The notes: generated from the sequence alone by a model not told the origin. Counted from the whole stretch's first letter, positions 11,791 to 24,652 are shown. The stretch: 58,373 bases of DNA, filler included, from Sphacelaria rigidula (GCA_964200075.2; 10 parts of 10 records of this genome joined end to end with filler, not necessarily neighbours in it); one strand, 5' to 3'. Translations and numbers: made by a program.

Positions 11791-11931
11791 GCTGTCGCAG
11801 AAGTGTCAAGAGAGACCTCATGATTGTGGTCCTCGCTGTTAAAAGTCATCCCATGAAGCGAAGGACTGCAACACCGTATTGCAATTGCTTTTTTTTCCCC
11901 TGTGCGTTTTTCAACGTATTTATCATCACAC

Positions 11932-12070
11932 CTGACTCTGCAGATAAAACGCTAGCGCGTGCCGGCCCGAGTTGAAGAGCCAGTGGGCCACCCGATGCGT
12001 TTGCAGCGCCTGGAATCCCTTGAAGTACAGCAGGCAGTCGTGATAGGAATCACAAGCTGGATCCCGCTCA
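11932..12070 (-). CDS. cysE: Serine O-acetyltransferase exon 4 of 4 visible
   Basis: cag|T GAG...CAG|gtgtga, 139 nt. ERDPACDSYHDCLLYFKGFQALQTHRVAHWLFNSGRHALAFYLQSQ is the diagnostic SAT motif. Confidence 0.95.
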
Positions 12071-12654
12071 CTGCAGCACGACGAAAGAAAAACCAGTTGG
12101 ATTTAAGATTTTGAAGAAAAACAAACAGACAAAAAGCATACATGCACGCGAAAGGGAGAAATGAGGCCTTTATCAGTCGCGTCAGTCCTCCCGCATTAAG
12201 ATTGTATGCCCGCAGTATGGTAATGTTATACTGTCAATGCGGACACTGTGAGTTGACTATATAGTCGGACTTAGTATCAATTACGCATATATACGTGTAT
12301 ACATATATGCGACAGGTCCTGCAGTGAAGATCCCAAAATATCCGCCGTCAAATCGTTGGCTTTTTGCGGAAGTAACATCCTCTTCGAACATACTCGAGCG
12401 TACGTACTAAATACATCGACGATACCTCCTCGTCGAAATTCGCACCAAGAAAAATATATAACGATGTACGATACAGTCGTCCATCAGCCGCGTGAACAAA
12501 ACCGTGTTTCAAGTACGAGTAAACACTTTTGGAATATGATCGCATATCTCTCGTGTGTTGTGTACGTCCATCTCTTCACGTTTCAATTTCCAGGGGAATC
12601 CGTATGGGTGTGTCTCATATATTATCCCACCCCCCTTACGTATATACCAAAAAC

Positions 12655-13080
12655 CAGGGATATACACGTTACACGTTACACGTCACGTTTCACGTGACAT
12701 ATACGAAAAAACGTAACGTTGAGTCATTTAACGCTACGTAAGGTTTGATTTTTTGGATGAGACAAATGTAACGTCACGTGATGTGACGTGTGGTCCTTCG
12801 CATGAACCCTAACATAGCGTTTTACTTTCCAAATGTGAAGAAAACTCTGCTTGATTTCGTGAATATGTCACGTAAAACGTCACGTCAAAAATCAGAAAAA
12901 ACGGCCTTTTTTCACATCTGGAAAATCCCAAGAGACACTACTTCAAGGTCAACACGTTACATCACGTTACGTTACATTGTCTCATGCAAAAAATCAAACC
13001 TCACGTAGCGTTAAATGACCCAAAGTTTACGTTCTTTCGAAATGCCACGTAAAACGTCACGTGTGACGTGTATATCCCTG
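12655..13080. mobile_element. hAT-type non-autonomous element in SAT intron
   Basis: 15-bp perfect TIR CAGGGATATACACGT / ACGTGTATATCCCTG; 8-bp flanks ccaaaaac / caaaaaac; many CACGT(T/C)AC subterminal motifs. Confidence 0.85.
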
Positions 13081-13347
13081 CAAAAAACCAGGAACCGAGA
13101 AAGGAAAAAGTATCGATCATTTGTATGTGTGATGCGTGCACACTACTTCTACTTCTCCAAGGCCGAAACAAGAGCGAAATGTATCAACCATTCGTGTATG
13201 TGATACGCACTACTTTTACATCCCAAAAGCCAATCCAAAAGCCAATCCATGTGCACTACTTCTACACCTCAAAAGCCAACACAAGAGCAAAAATCAACAA
13301 AAGAGCAAAATTCAAGGAGCAAAAACACATCTAGATGACTTGCTCAC

Positions 13348-13460
13348 CGTACCGCGATGATATCCCGTCGGAGCTGTCTCTGGAACTCGTGTCCGACTTC
13401 GGAAAAGCACTCGAGCACTAGCGCCTGAACTTGGGTGCTCAGCATGTTCGGTCCAGCCAG
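13348..13460 (-). CDS. cysE: Serine O-acetyltransferase exon 3 of 4 visible
   Basis: tag|CTG...CG|gtgagc, 113 nt. LAGPNMLSTQVQALVLECFSEVGHEFQRQLRRDIIAV(R); the phase-2 junction matches the next exon. Confidence 0.9.
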
Positions 13461-13553
13461 CTACCACAGAAAGCGTGAAGCAAAACGATTTTGAAACCCA
13501 TGAAACGCATATAGTGGCAGAATCAGCAAGGTCAAGACGGTTAACGTATGAAA

Positions 13554-13700
13554 TTGATTGATTGGTTGACTGCCGCACACTACTTGATCCCTCAGGTAGT
13601 CATGATCCAGTCGTAGTCATTATCCACACGACAGACGTAGCCGAGATCAATTAAACGGAAGTACTCACTGAAGAAGAATGAAGAGATCAGAGAGATAAAA
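13554..13700 (-). mobile_element. Family C (TCAA)n-tailed retroposon fragment
   Basis: Reverse complement resembles 15640-15777. Confidence 0.6.
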
Positions 13701-13720
13701 TAGACAGCAAGCAGACTATG

Positions 13721-14436
13721 AAATCCCGTGTTTTACAGGGGATTCTCACGAATAAGAACAACTTTTGCACAAGAATGAACGGAGAGGTCGAAATCGTTCG
13801 GTATACAAACGGGACTTTACAGATTGCGGATGGATTCAGTTGAGGATGAGCAAGGCCACACACATCACCGCCGGAGCTTGCATTCGAGTTTTCATTCCAA
13901 AAATATTTCGTGCTCGTGAAGATTCCCAAGGTCCACTCTCAATAAAAATGTATCCGAAATTTGAAATATCCCGCCTTATTTGCCGCGCCTCGGCGGCCTA
14001 ATGCACGAAGGGTAGTGTGTATGTGTATGTGTGTGTGCGCGCGTGTTATCATTGTTGTTTCTCACATGAGTCCCTCCCACGAATCGAGCACCCGCGGTCA
14101 CAATGCCGTGGCACAGGAATATAGAATCCAACGGGACATACTAAGAAAACAATACGCCCACGAACATGACAACGCGGCAACCCGCAGGACGGAGTTCTAC
14201 AATTAACACGGGATTTTACGAATTTGCGGATGGAGTCTTTTTTAGCATTAGCATTGAAATATTTTCGGGGTATAATTCAAATGCACTCTCCGGCCGCAAT
14301 CGTGCGGTCTCGTCCATCCTCAAAAGAATTCATCCGCATCTTGTAAAATCCCGTGTTTATCCCGAACAATTCCGATCCATTCCCGTACAAAAAAACTATT
14401 CTCATATGTCAGAATCCCCTATGGGAGACGGGATTT
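13721..14436. repeat. Diverged inverted repeat (13721-13973 vs 14209-14436), foldback-like
   Basis: The arms share AAATCCCG/CGGGATTT, GCGGATG(G/A), TGAGGATG and GCCGGAG..TGCATT in opposite orientation. Confidence 0.7.
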
Positions 14437-15259
14437 TACAAGTTGTAAATGATTTTCTTGTTACAGTGAACGAGGCCACGCATCGCGGCCGGATAGTGCA
14501 TATGCACTTTGCTTTCCAAGTATTCCGACGCTCATGAAGGTTTCCATGGTTCATTTTAGACACGAAAAAAAAATCATACTCAATCTTCAGAACACGGTGT
14601 TAACTATTTTCAGCGAAAAAATGATAATGTGTGTGTATGTGTTGTGCAAACTACCTAACCCGGTTAGATGCTTGATTGTTTCAAAGATGACTTGACTTGT
14701 TGATCGTTTGGTTGGTTAGTTGAATGTCGCGAATCAACTGATTCCCCCAAGGAATGCGGTCACAATATGCAGTTGCAAGATCGACGCGACCCGATATAAA
14801 CGAAACCGGAACCGAAAAGATACATTTGCTTGAGGAGAATCGAGGAAGGGAGACAAACACAACAAAAAAGCAAGGAGGAAGAGAAATAGAAACGAACATT
14901 TTTGACGTGGTGAAAATAGTAAACTGAAGCAGGACCTCCAATTTCCAAAACGTTGCGCGCTTCGCGTGAAATCGGAGCGGTTGTACGTGCGCGCCCAGCC
15001 CAACACACGATCGCCCACCACACGAGAGCCTCCTCCTCCGAACAGTATTATAGACTTCAAGATAACCGCACCCCTGGATGATGACAAATGTATTGTATAG
15101 TCCAAAGTGTACTACTGCGTACAGTATGGAGTTCATGTCTATGGCAAAGTAGACGCAATGGTCAATACTGTACGCAATACACTTTTTGACAGTGTGATCT
15201 ATCGTCACTATCATCCAGGGTCTGAAGGTATAACACACCGCTCCAAGAGTGTTGGTTAC

Positions 15260-15391
15260 CTTGTTGGCCAAATGGAATGCCACGGCTGCCTCGAGCGTCT
15301 TCTGGTTGAGAATGGTGCTGTGGATGAAGGACACCAGGAGCGGTTCCTTCTCCGCCGCCGCTTTGGCCTCTTCCCGCATAGACGTCCATAC
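15260..15391 (-). CDS. cysE: Serine O-acetyltransferase exon 2 of 4 visible
   Basis: cag|GTA...AAG|gtaacc, 132 nt. VWTSMREEAKAAAEKEPLLVSFIHSTILNQKTLEAAVAFHLANK fits the SATase N-terminal domain. Confidence 0.92.
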
Positions 15392-15639
15392 CTGTGTCGT
15401 TTTCATCGATAGCGGAAGAGGGTGAATGGAGGAAATTAACCCAACGACCACCGGCAGACGACCAGGACAAATCATCGCCACGAACAAAATATTCAGAGTA
15501 GATACATTTTCTTTTCCTCCTTTTTTTGTTTTAGGTCGGTCATTTCTTTCTGTGCTTTGCTTGTGTTGACTTTTTCTGTTACTTTTTTTTTCGTCACGAC
15601 TTAGTCTGCTATGTCGTCATGTTCTACCTTTTTTTTTCT

Positions 15640-15777
15640 TCTTTCTGTTCCTTCTTTTCTTCAGAGCGTGTTTCAGTTTCGTTTTTCTTGGGTACGTACG
15701 TCCATCATGAGACAACGGCTGGATCATGACCCCTGGGGGGTCACTTAAAGTGCGACAATCAATCAACCAATCAATCA
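15640..15777 (+). mobile_element. Family C (TCAA)n-tailed retroposon fragment
   Basis: Ends ...CCCCTGGGGGGTCACTTAAAGTGCGACAATCAATCAACCAATCAATCA. Confidence 0.7.
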
Positions 15778-15855
15778 CACAGCTTCGCACTTTCGTTTCC
15801 AGTCGACCAGCACACGACTCTTTCCGCCACGACCTTGGAATCATCCTACGACACC

Positions 15856-16122
15856 GGGTATTCATGATCTTGCATGCCGTAGTTATAACGCCATCGACCT
15901 CGCATCCTTGCATAGTCGGGAAGGAGCACCCCTGGTTTTCGCCGGACCAGGCTCGCGATCAATCACCAAGCGCGAAGCGCCGTGACGTGTTCGGCGAGTC
16001 GAATGAAGCGTGAGAACTGCATCCTGCCGAGATTGTTCGGCTCGAAGCGTGCTGGTTGCCATGCATGCGGATGACAGCCTCGAATGAGTCGCTTCATTTT
16101 CTGGTTGCACCACTTCCAGAGA
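15856..16122 (+). repeat. G-run-terminus family, body copy
   Basis: Collinear with 90-352. Confidence 0.75.
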
Positions 16123-16293
16123 CGGCCACGGGGTACACAGCCTCATGGGTGTCCCATCTTCATGGGTACAAGGGATGGGGAGAGGAGCACCCGAAGTACA
16201 CATACACGCACGAGCGCGTTGGGGCATAAATGATTTGCGTTACAGCCCTACAATCCACGGAGTGATAGGGTCCACGATCCACGGCATACTCAC

Positions 16294-16383
16294 CTCGTCA
16301 TATTCGTCCCATGTCTCGAGAAGCCTTCTTCTTTCGGACCAGCCATCCATCGCGGCTTCCGACGTTTTCGCCTCCGGAGAACC
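16294..16383 (-). CDS. cysE: Serine O-acetyltransferase exon 1 of 4 visible (N-terminal extension)
   Basis: cag|GGT...GAG|gtgagt, 90 nt. GSPEAKTSEAAMDGWSERRRLLETWDEYDE joins in frame to give ...YDEVWTSMREEA. Confidence 0.8.
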
Positions 16384-17544
16384 CTGCGCCAACAGCACGA
16401 AGCCAACGGCAACAATAGAGGCAGAGAGTTACAGACAGATGGAAAGGGTGGGGAGGGCGGGCGGGCGGCGTCGGTAGGGGACCAGTAACACCACTGCGTT
16501 TTCGGAAGCGCCGGATGTGTGAAAGAAGCATCATGCTGGAAGAAAAAATCGGGTCACACTTATCGTGAAGCACATGCACACACAAGCATACAAGCACGAG
16601 GGTCGAACCATGTTGAATTTCCCGTGTATAGAACATCGCGGAGCCTTTGGCGCGGTTCTCTTATGGAAAATATATACTGGAGAAAAAGATGGGATTGGTA
16701 CGCATGTAACAGTTGTATCTTTACCTTTGGAAATTTTCCATCGACAACCACTACGGACTCGTCTGAAGGGAGGGGAGCGGTTATAGTATGGTGGTGGTAA
16801 ATAAATAAATATTAACGTAGTAAATAAATAAATGTGTCAAGATATCAAGAGTGCGGAAACAATAATAATTATTATTATGATAATAATAAAAATAATAATA
16901 TTAATAATCATCGAGAAATATATCAAGATATATATATATATGATGATATGAATGAAGACATGAACAAACACATGAATAAATATGTAAAGAATTGAACAAA
17001 AAACGACAAATAAACGAAAGATTAAGAAACAAAGAAAGAATGAAATACCATGTGGGGGGGGGGGGGGGGGGGGGGGGGGCATCCAAAAAGCGAAACCAAT
17101 TTGTTTTGGTTTTTTTTTCTTTTTTTTTTTTTGTTCTTTTTGTNNNNNNNNNNGGGCATGGCATCGACTAAGCGACATCATTATGTATGTGTATTATCTG
17201 CCTTTCCTTGCATGGTTCTTCTTGGCACTCAAGTTTCCTTTCGGCGGTATTGTCGTTCGTATCCCTACCTTCGGGTGCGTCTACCCTGCACCACGTCTGG
17301 ATAATGATTCATTCGAAGCGGCGCAGTTAACCCTTTTGGAACCCGGCCTCCAGAACGACCAATGAGGCTGGTCAGGAATTACGTGTCTGGTGTCTGAACG
17401 AAACAGTGGCGTGTTGCTGAAAATACGCGAATGTAACTGCAGGGNNNNNNNNNNNNNNNNNNNNNNNNNNNNNNNNNNNNNNNNNNNNTTAATTAATTAA
17501 NNNNNNNNNNNNNNNNNNNNNNNNNNNNNNNNNNNNNNNNNNNN

Positions 17545-18636
17545 ATCTGTTGTAGAAAAGCTCAGATCATCCTCAAACTTGGCAGTTCCGTAGGTATTGA
17601 TGCTCCAAATTGAAAAATTGTGTTCTTGGCAAGGGTTCATAGTTTCTCCGTTCTCTACCGGCTCCCGGGGGTCCCAGTACAAAGACCCCCGGAAGGCGGT
17701 ACATAATGACTCAAAATAATAATAATAACAAGATGCGTCCCAGGATGGTCCAAGGAACACATCTGCAATTTTTGGTGGAGAAACTCAAAAATCTCATACA
17801 AGTTTTCCTGCCTGGACGTAAAATTCACCCTAAAGTATGTTTTCATTCTTAAACCAAGTAGTTAGGAGTTTGCGCGTTTTAAGCTCACATACGCGCACAT
17901 ACGCGCAATCTTGGCGTTTTTATTAGGAGTTAGACCCTGAACCTTTGCACAAATGTGCTACCACTCATCACGCAAGTGTCGATCAACGCGGTTTTCCTAT
18001 TTCTTTAATTTTTTACCGTTTGTCGGGGGTCCGACGGGATCCAACTCGTTTTTTCGAGGTCCTCCATTTTGGGGCCCCGGAAAAGTGGCACGAAAGTATT
18101 TTTTTTCATTTTATTCGCAAACGCTCTGCCGCCGCACACCCAAGGAAGAACCCCTCAAAGTTTCGTAGCCAAACTCGATGAACTGGTGCTTACATTTTCA
18201 TGTTGACGTCGAAAAAGGCCTTGAAACACAATTTTCATACCAAAATCTAGTAGTTTGCCGTTTCACCGTGGCACGGCAAGGTTCATCGCACAAACGCGAA
18301 AGCCTTCACGCAATTTTTGGGAGTTAGACCCTGGAAGATTGCACAGGGTTTCTATGGGTCATTACGCAACTTTACAAGGACGACGATTTTTATTTTTGTT
18401 TTTCTACAGTTCAACGGGGGTCCGACTGGATCGAATTTTTCCCGACAAAACTGGGTCCCCGGACAAACGGTGAAAAAGTCAATATGTAAAAAAAAAAACT
18501 TCTCCTTGCAGAGTTGCGTAATGACCCATAGAACACCTGTGCAATTTTTCAGGGTCTAACTCCTTAAACGGCGTAAAGTTCCGCCGATGAGTGTATTTAG
18601 AGTTTTTTCCGTGAACCAGCCTGTAGGATCTTCCTG
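17545..18636 (+). repeat. Non-coding repeat of about 1.1 kb, copy 1 (truncated by contig start)
   Basis: Collinear with 20945-22024; internal inverted repeat 18320-18371 / 18512-18563. Confidence 0.85.
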
Positions 18637-19985
18637 TCAGAAAAAGGCACAAGCCAATGAGATGGAGATGATCCGCCCAGTCGATCGGCAAATGAGTGAT
18701 TGGCCGCCCGGTTTTATTCGGAAAAGAAGCGCAGAAGGCCATCTGCACCCCTAACACGTACACGTCCCTGCTGCATTTCATCGCCCGCACGGTCTGTCCA
18801 TCATTCATTTTCCGTCAAACCTGTGACAATGCATCCAGATGACACCACGCTGGGGGTGCCCGTCCATCTGCATAGGTCGAGACGAAGCCGATCGGAAACG
18901 CACAGTACAAAACAGCAGTGCATCGTTATATCGTACAGTAGGGTGTTGTCTCCCCCCCCCACCCGTTGTGTTCGTTCCGTTTGTCTACGGGCATCATCAA
19001 GGATGAGATTACACGAAACCCTTCGACACCGTCATCCCTTCCTGCGTCCAGTTGCAAAAAAAGTCCTGGATTTGCGGTGGGCATCCATTTTTGAAGTAAA
19101 TCGTACGCCCGTACAAACACAACTGACGCATCATGAGGTGGCTGCCGTCTGTGTGAAGAGACAAAGCCGAAGTGCACCGTACAGAACAGTACAATCATTA
19201 CAGCATTACAGCACAGCGCAGTACAGTACACTGTTGTCTTCTCTGTATCCCCCGCCGGATGCCTCCTGTATTCTGTGGGTAACGTCGAGTATCGGATTAC
19301 TGCTATGGAGGGCGTCACCTCTTCCCGCCCGCTCTAAAAGTGATGCTTGATCGCCAGGGCGGTGTCTCGTTTTCATTGTTCAAATTAAAATATCTGGAGA
19401 CGGTCGCCTCTTCCTGCAATCACTGGCTCTATTGAACCCTTCAACCTCCGATTGGACCATCTGGACATTGAATCCATTTTTCAAGTGAAAAGTTTGCCGA
19501 TACAACTCATGATCGACCCTGAGGTGAGTGGAGGGTGAGCGACACTTGTCCCTGTACTCCCGACGTATAAGCTCAAGTCGCAGCGGGCGGAGGCTGTAGA
19601 GGCGGTACGGCGGACATGACTGTACGAATACAAACAACACCACAGACGGAGAGGAGAGCATATTTCGCAGTCACCGTGATGTCGTCAATTCCAGTACACG
19701 CCATGTTCCATTACATCGGGTTCGGTGTGCGGCTGTGTATGTAGACAAGCGGCGGCGCTTTTCTGAACTGACAATGTCAGAGTGCATCATACTTGCACAT
19801 GCAAATGCGCACTCACCCAACTAAAGTTACTCCGCGACCGATTCAGACCCGCCCCCCGACGTCTCCCCTCGAGCCCCTTTTGGCTGACATTTTTTTACTT
19901 GAATTTTATTGAGGACGGTGTGTTGCTCAGGACATACATACTCCACCGAGGGATGAGTTTATTCGGGCGGTTCCCTCCGGTTTAA

Positions 19986-20084
19986 CCCCTTAGACCGCGA
20001 GATTAGTCTTTCTGGAACATCAATACTTTGTTTCACTTGAAATCGATGCCGATTCAACAGAAGACTAACCTCGCGGTCTAAGGG
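19986..20084. mobile_element. piggyBac-type MITE (about 99 bp) with TTAA target duplication
   Basis: TTAA|CCCCTTAGACCGCGAGATTAGTCTT ... AAGACTAACCTCGCGGTCTAAGGG|TTAA. Relatives at about 51827-51933 and 4970-5083. Confidence 0.88.
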
Positions 20085-20944
20085 TTAAGTGCGCGACTCG
20101 AGCGCCGATCGTTGCGTTGGGTGCTCCCAACCCCAATGCATCATACCGCAGTGTGGTTAATTTTGGGCACGTCCTGCGGCCACATCAGTAAGCCGTTTTT
20201 GTTTCTTCAAGTTTAGAGGGTACGTCTTGAAAGCAGGATAAGGCCACTCCCATACTCGTAGGGTGCGTGTGGATGGTCAGCAACAGGGTGTAGGGTGTGA
20301 ACAGGGAGGGTGTCACCTGCGCCTGCGATCAACCCGTCAAGAGATTCGACTGTAAACGCAAGTAAGTGTATTTGGGCGAGAGAATCAACTGGGGGTCTGT
20401 CGTTGGGAAAATATCACCCCCCCTACATTTCCTGTGACGTCGATTTTGAGAGATCGAGCTAATGTGACGAAAAAGGGGCCAAATATCGAGCGTATGGATA
20501 TTTGATACAGGCCGGTTCACGCTTATCACCCAAAATTGTGTCACCAGAAAATGCCTTTCGCAATACCTACCCAACAGTCGCATACATGATATCGTACTGA
20601 CCGCCATGGACAGCTGAAGAGCGTGACGTGGCCGGATATTCGCGTAAGGCCACAGTGGTAAAGCTAGAGGCGAAAAGGTATATCGACCAATTAGCGCCCG
20701 TCAAACTGTTCCGACATCGAAATTACCAATTCTAAGCCCAATTTCACCCAATCTCCACATGCTTCACATCGTAGTAACCGTCATCGGCTCGGGAATTTAA
20801 CGGGAAAAAAAATCGAAACGGTTGCTACGGGGGTCGAATTATACCCGAAACAGTGGTTTCGGTGATGTCGGGTGTTGGCGTCGTCTGATTTTCACCAATG
20901 ATACGCACGGAAGACCCAGGGAGCCTCGTGACGGTGTCCGCTAT

Positions 20945-22024
20945 ATCTGTTGTAGAAAAGCTGAGATCGCCCTCAAATTTGGCAGTTCCGTAGATGTTGG
21001 TGCTCCAAATGGAAAAATTGTATGTTTGCCGGTATTTCATGGTTTCTCCGTTCTTTACCCGCTTCCGGGGGTCCCAGTATGAAGACCCCCGGAAGGCGGT
21101 GTAGCATGCGCCAAAAGAAAAAAAACAAATGATGCGTCCCGGGATAGTCGAAGAAACACGTGTGCAAAGTTTGGTGAAAAAAATCGAAAACCTCATGTAG
21201 TGTTTCTTGCCTTGACGTGAAATTCACCTAAGACGTTATGATACTAAAATCAAGTAGTTAAGAGTTGCACGTTTCAAGCCCACGTCCTCCACAAACGCGC
21301 AAACCTTCACGCCGTTATTAGGAGTGAGACCCTGAAACTTGGCACAAATATGCTATGTGTCATGACGCAACTTTCTGTAGACGAGGTCTTTTTACTTCTC
21401 GATTTTTTCACTCTTTTTCGGGGGTCCGACGGGATCCAAGTCGTTTTTTCAAAGTAGTCCCCATTCTGGGACCCCGCAAAAGCGGCACTGCGATTTCCCC
21501 CCCATATTTTCGTGAACGGGCTGTCGCCGCATAACCCAAGGGAGTGCCCCATAAAATTTCGTCGCAAAACTGGATCAACCGATGCTTGAATTTTCATGCT
21601 CACGTCAAAGAATGCTCCAAAACGCCGTTTTCTTACTAAAATCAAGTAGTTTGCGGTTTCACCGCGGCACGTCAAAGTCCATCGCACAAGAGCGAAACAT
21701 CTCACGCCGTTTTAAGGAGGTAGACCCTGAAATTATGTACAATTGTGCTATGGGTCATTACGCAACAGTAGATAAACGAGGTTTTTCGGAATTTTTTTCA
21801 GTACCGTTTTACGGGTGTCCGATTGGATCGATGTTTCCCGGAAAAAACTGGGACCCCCGAAAAACGGTGAAAAAGTGAAAAAAAATCTCGACCGCCGGAA
21901 GTTGCGTAATGCCCCATAGAACATCTGTGCAAAATTTCAGGGTCTAACTCCTCAAAACGGCGTGAGGTTTTCCCGATGAGTGTTTTTGGGTGATAGGCCT
22001 GAACCAGCCTGTAAAACTCCCCTG
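20945..22024 (+). repeat. Non-coding repeat of about 1.1 kb, copy 2 (may extend left to about 20821)
   Basis: Direct repeat of 17545-18636, diverged. Confidence 0.85.
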
Positions 22025-23941
22025 AAATCACGGAAAAAAAAAGAAGAAAAACAAAATAACGATGGTTTTTGTCTTCATCATGCAGTAGCGATTCTCCAGA
22101 CGAAATTTCAAAAACACAACTCTCAAGAACTAAGACGCAATATCCAGATGTAGTACGTTAAGTGCCTCTGCTCGAAATATATTGATTTTAGTGTAGAACC
22201 TTATAGGCGCCACATCTCGATACAGATGACGAATCAGGCAAAAGTGGAGGTACTGTATTGAGGCGGGGTCCTATCAGAACTGATTATCAATTATAAAAAA
22301 TCACTTTTGGAGAAGTGAATGCCCCCACAACGGCCAGTGCTGAGTCTTATCGACAAGCAGTTTTGTCCAGATCGAAGCCCAGATCTGCACGCAGGTGAAA
22401 AATGCGGCGGTTCTGGAAGTGGCCGTTGCTGTAGTCCAGTATCTTTGTATTGCTGCGGACGAGACGCAACGGGGTAGCACAGCGCCAACATACCGAGCCA
22501 CGAAAACCGACGCATAAGACACCCACCACTCTCGCGCATTCATCATCTACACACGACAGCTTTTGTTCGACGGAAATCCGTCCAGTATTGGATGAAAGGC
22601 AACCGAAAACGTGCTCTTGCTCACTGTTTGTGAGGGTGTGCTATGCGCGGATCTCCAGAGGCAAACACAAGCCTCCGGAGGCGTTTGCTTCCTCGGGAGG
22701 CTCGAAACGTTGACCGACCTGAAGGAATTCTGGGGGTAGCCAAATGGCCGCGTGTGAACATACTGCAACAAGAGGGGCACAACAACAACACGAGCAGCAG
22801 CTTCTATCCTCCTGATGTTGTAACCCTGTGTACAGATGTACAGCAACGTCAGGCACCGGTTGGTTGTAGAATGCTCGATAGTAATAGAGCAATGGCCTAG
22901 GAAAGGTATACCTTCTCGTTTTTTGTCTAAGAAAGGTACGAAAAATGGCCAGGAATACGAAAACAGCAAAAACACGCCATTTTGATCGTTTTCGCTCCGA
23001 CTTGTTCACGCACATCACTCGGGGGTAGCAGTTACACCTGGACCCCCCGAAAAAGCGGACGTTTCGCCTGCAGAAATCGCTTACCTTTTCGAGGCCAAAT
23101 TTCGCCCAGGTTTACCTACTCTAGGAATCATTTTTGAATCGTACCTTATCTGGGCCAACGATCGGCCGAGAACGTACCTGTGCGAAGCCATCGCTCTCTA
23201 CATTGTACCTGATGCGGCACATCGCGCGGAAGGGAGTCTACGCGCCAACTCCAACCATGGCGCCCACACATTCGGCTCTTTTCTCGCTCATNNNNNNNNN
23301 NNNNNNNNNNNNNNNNNNNNNNNNNNNNNNNNNNNTTAATTAATTAANNNNNNNNNNNNNNNNNNNNNNNNNNNNNNNNNNNNNNNNNNNNGCCGGTGAG
23401 CGGCCTGCGAAATACTGTTCCTAATTTCTACCGATCCGGTTTTTAAAAGGCGAATGCGCCGGCTAACGTTCATGCAGCCTCTAGGCTGGCCCAGCTCGTA
23501 GCCTCCTCCTCCAAAACTCATGACCATTTGGACACATCTTGGGCAACCTGCATCAATGATGTCGTATTATTCCGAAGTATGAGCAGCAGTCCGTGATGTA
23601 GTGTTGTAGGCGCCTTGCTGGTCGGCCTGTCCTCACTTTCCACCTAACCATGACCCCACGCCTACTACCGCCACTATCCATCTGATCAGGAGGGTACCCA
23701 CCCCTCAAAAAAGGGTACCACTCTCCGCTCCCATCCCCCATACGCAAGGATGAGGTTTGAATTTAGCTGTACAAGACACCAAAATACAGTGCGTTGATTG
23801 ATACCAGGAAGCAGGCAGCAACATTTTCTTAACCGTAATCTGTTCGAAGACTCCAACACTCCAACTATCTACCACCTACACCAAAAAAAAGATGGTGATA
23901 CTCTGCACACAATTCCGGGTAGACACGAATTGAGCCTTCGA

Positions 23942-24319
23942 ATGTGTGTGTGTTGTGTGTGTTGTCGTCCCATTCGTTGTGGGCGCCAGTCTACCCCTTT
24001 CGAGATATGTGGGCGCATCAGCCGGGGTCACACAGCACAGGAGGAAAGTCAACACAGGAGCTTTTGATTTCTTTTATTTCTTTTTAGTACCCCACCTTCC
24101 TTCTGCGGTGCTTGCCTTTTTATTTTTTATCGCGAGAGGGGTTCAGCAGTCCCTTTCCCTCGTCGACCGTTAAGTCGAATTTTGTGTACCCACGACATAG
24201 TCGCTCTCCACTGTTGAGCATGGTATAAGAAAAAATCCCAAATCGCTCCGGGAATCGAACCCAACATCTCAAAGATCAGAAGGTTACGAGGTGACCAACT
24301 GAGCCACCGGGGCGACCGT
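23942..24319 (-). mobile_element. tRNA-derived SINE, family A, full length, (CA)-rich tail
   Basis: Minus-strand head GCCCCGGTGGCTCAGTTGG (A box) ... GGGTTCGATTCCC (B box). Body and tail recur at 48847-49198 and 52627-52721; a degraded head lies at about 45033-45075. Confidence 0.85.
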
Positions 24320-24652
24320 CTTCGACGCTGAAAAAGAAAAATGCACGAAACCAACGAAATATAGCGTGCGGTGCAGCAGCGCACCTGGATTCTTGGTATG
24401 GCGAAAAAGGCAGGAGCACGATCTCAACCAGAATCTTCTCGAAGCCACCCACGCTCCAGCTACCACCTGTACTAGTGTATGGTGGTACTCTGCACAACTG
24501 CACTGCGGATCCTGATGTACAGCCCGGGGCTTCACGCACACAAACAGTGTGTGATTTCGCAAACCACGTTGAATTAAACTACCCAAGTTATCGGTTATTT
24601 TCCACATCACGAACAGCAAAAACAAACCGCAAATAATAAACACAGAGACAGC

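Noticed and set aside
17360..17444. Shared sequence with 46597-46679 (inverted), possibly a LINE fragment
   Set aside because: It is a real dispersed repeat, but both copies are cut by contig ends and show no diagnostic motif, so it cannot be classified.
22300..22452. Exon-like segment on the minus strand after a pyrimidine-rich CAG
   Set aside because: No recognisable protein in any frame and no partner exons in the contig.
23960..24035. Ribozyme-like words in the SINE A tail (CTGATG...GAAA; CTGGCGCC...CGAATGGGAC, as in HDV)
   Set aside because: The required stems do not form, and the would-be catalytic bases differ in the other two copies (AATAGATGGGAC, AATAAATGGGAC).
24245..24315. Possible tRNA gene on the minus strand (also 1600-1665 and 49243-49305)
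   Set aside because: A and B boxes are present, but no proper anticodon or acceptor stems. Each runs into a repeated body, so these are SINE heads.
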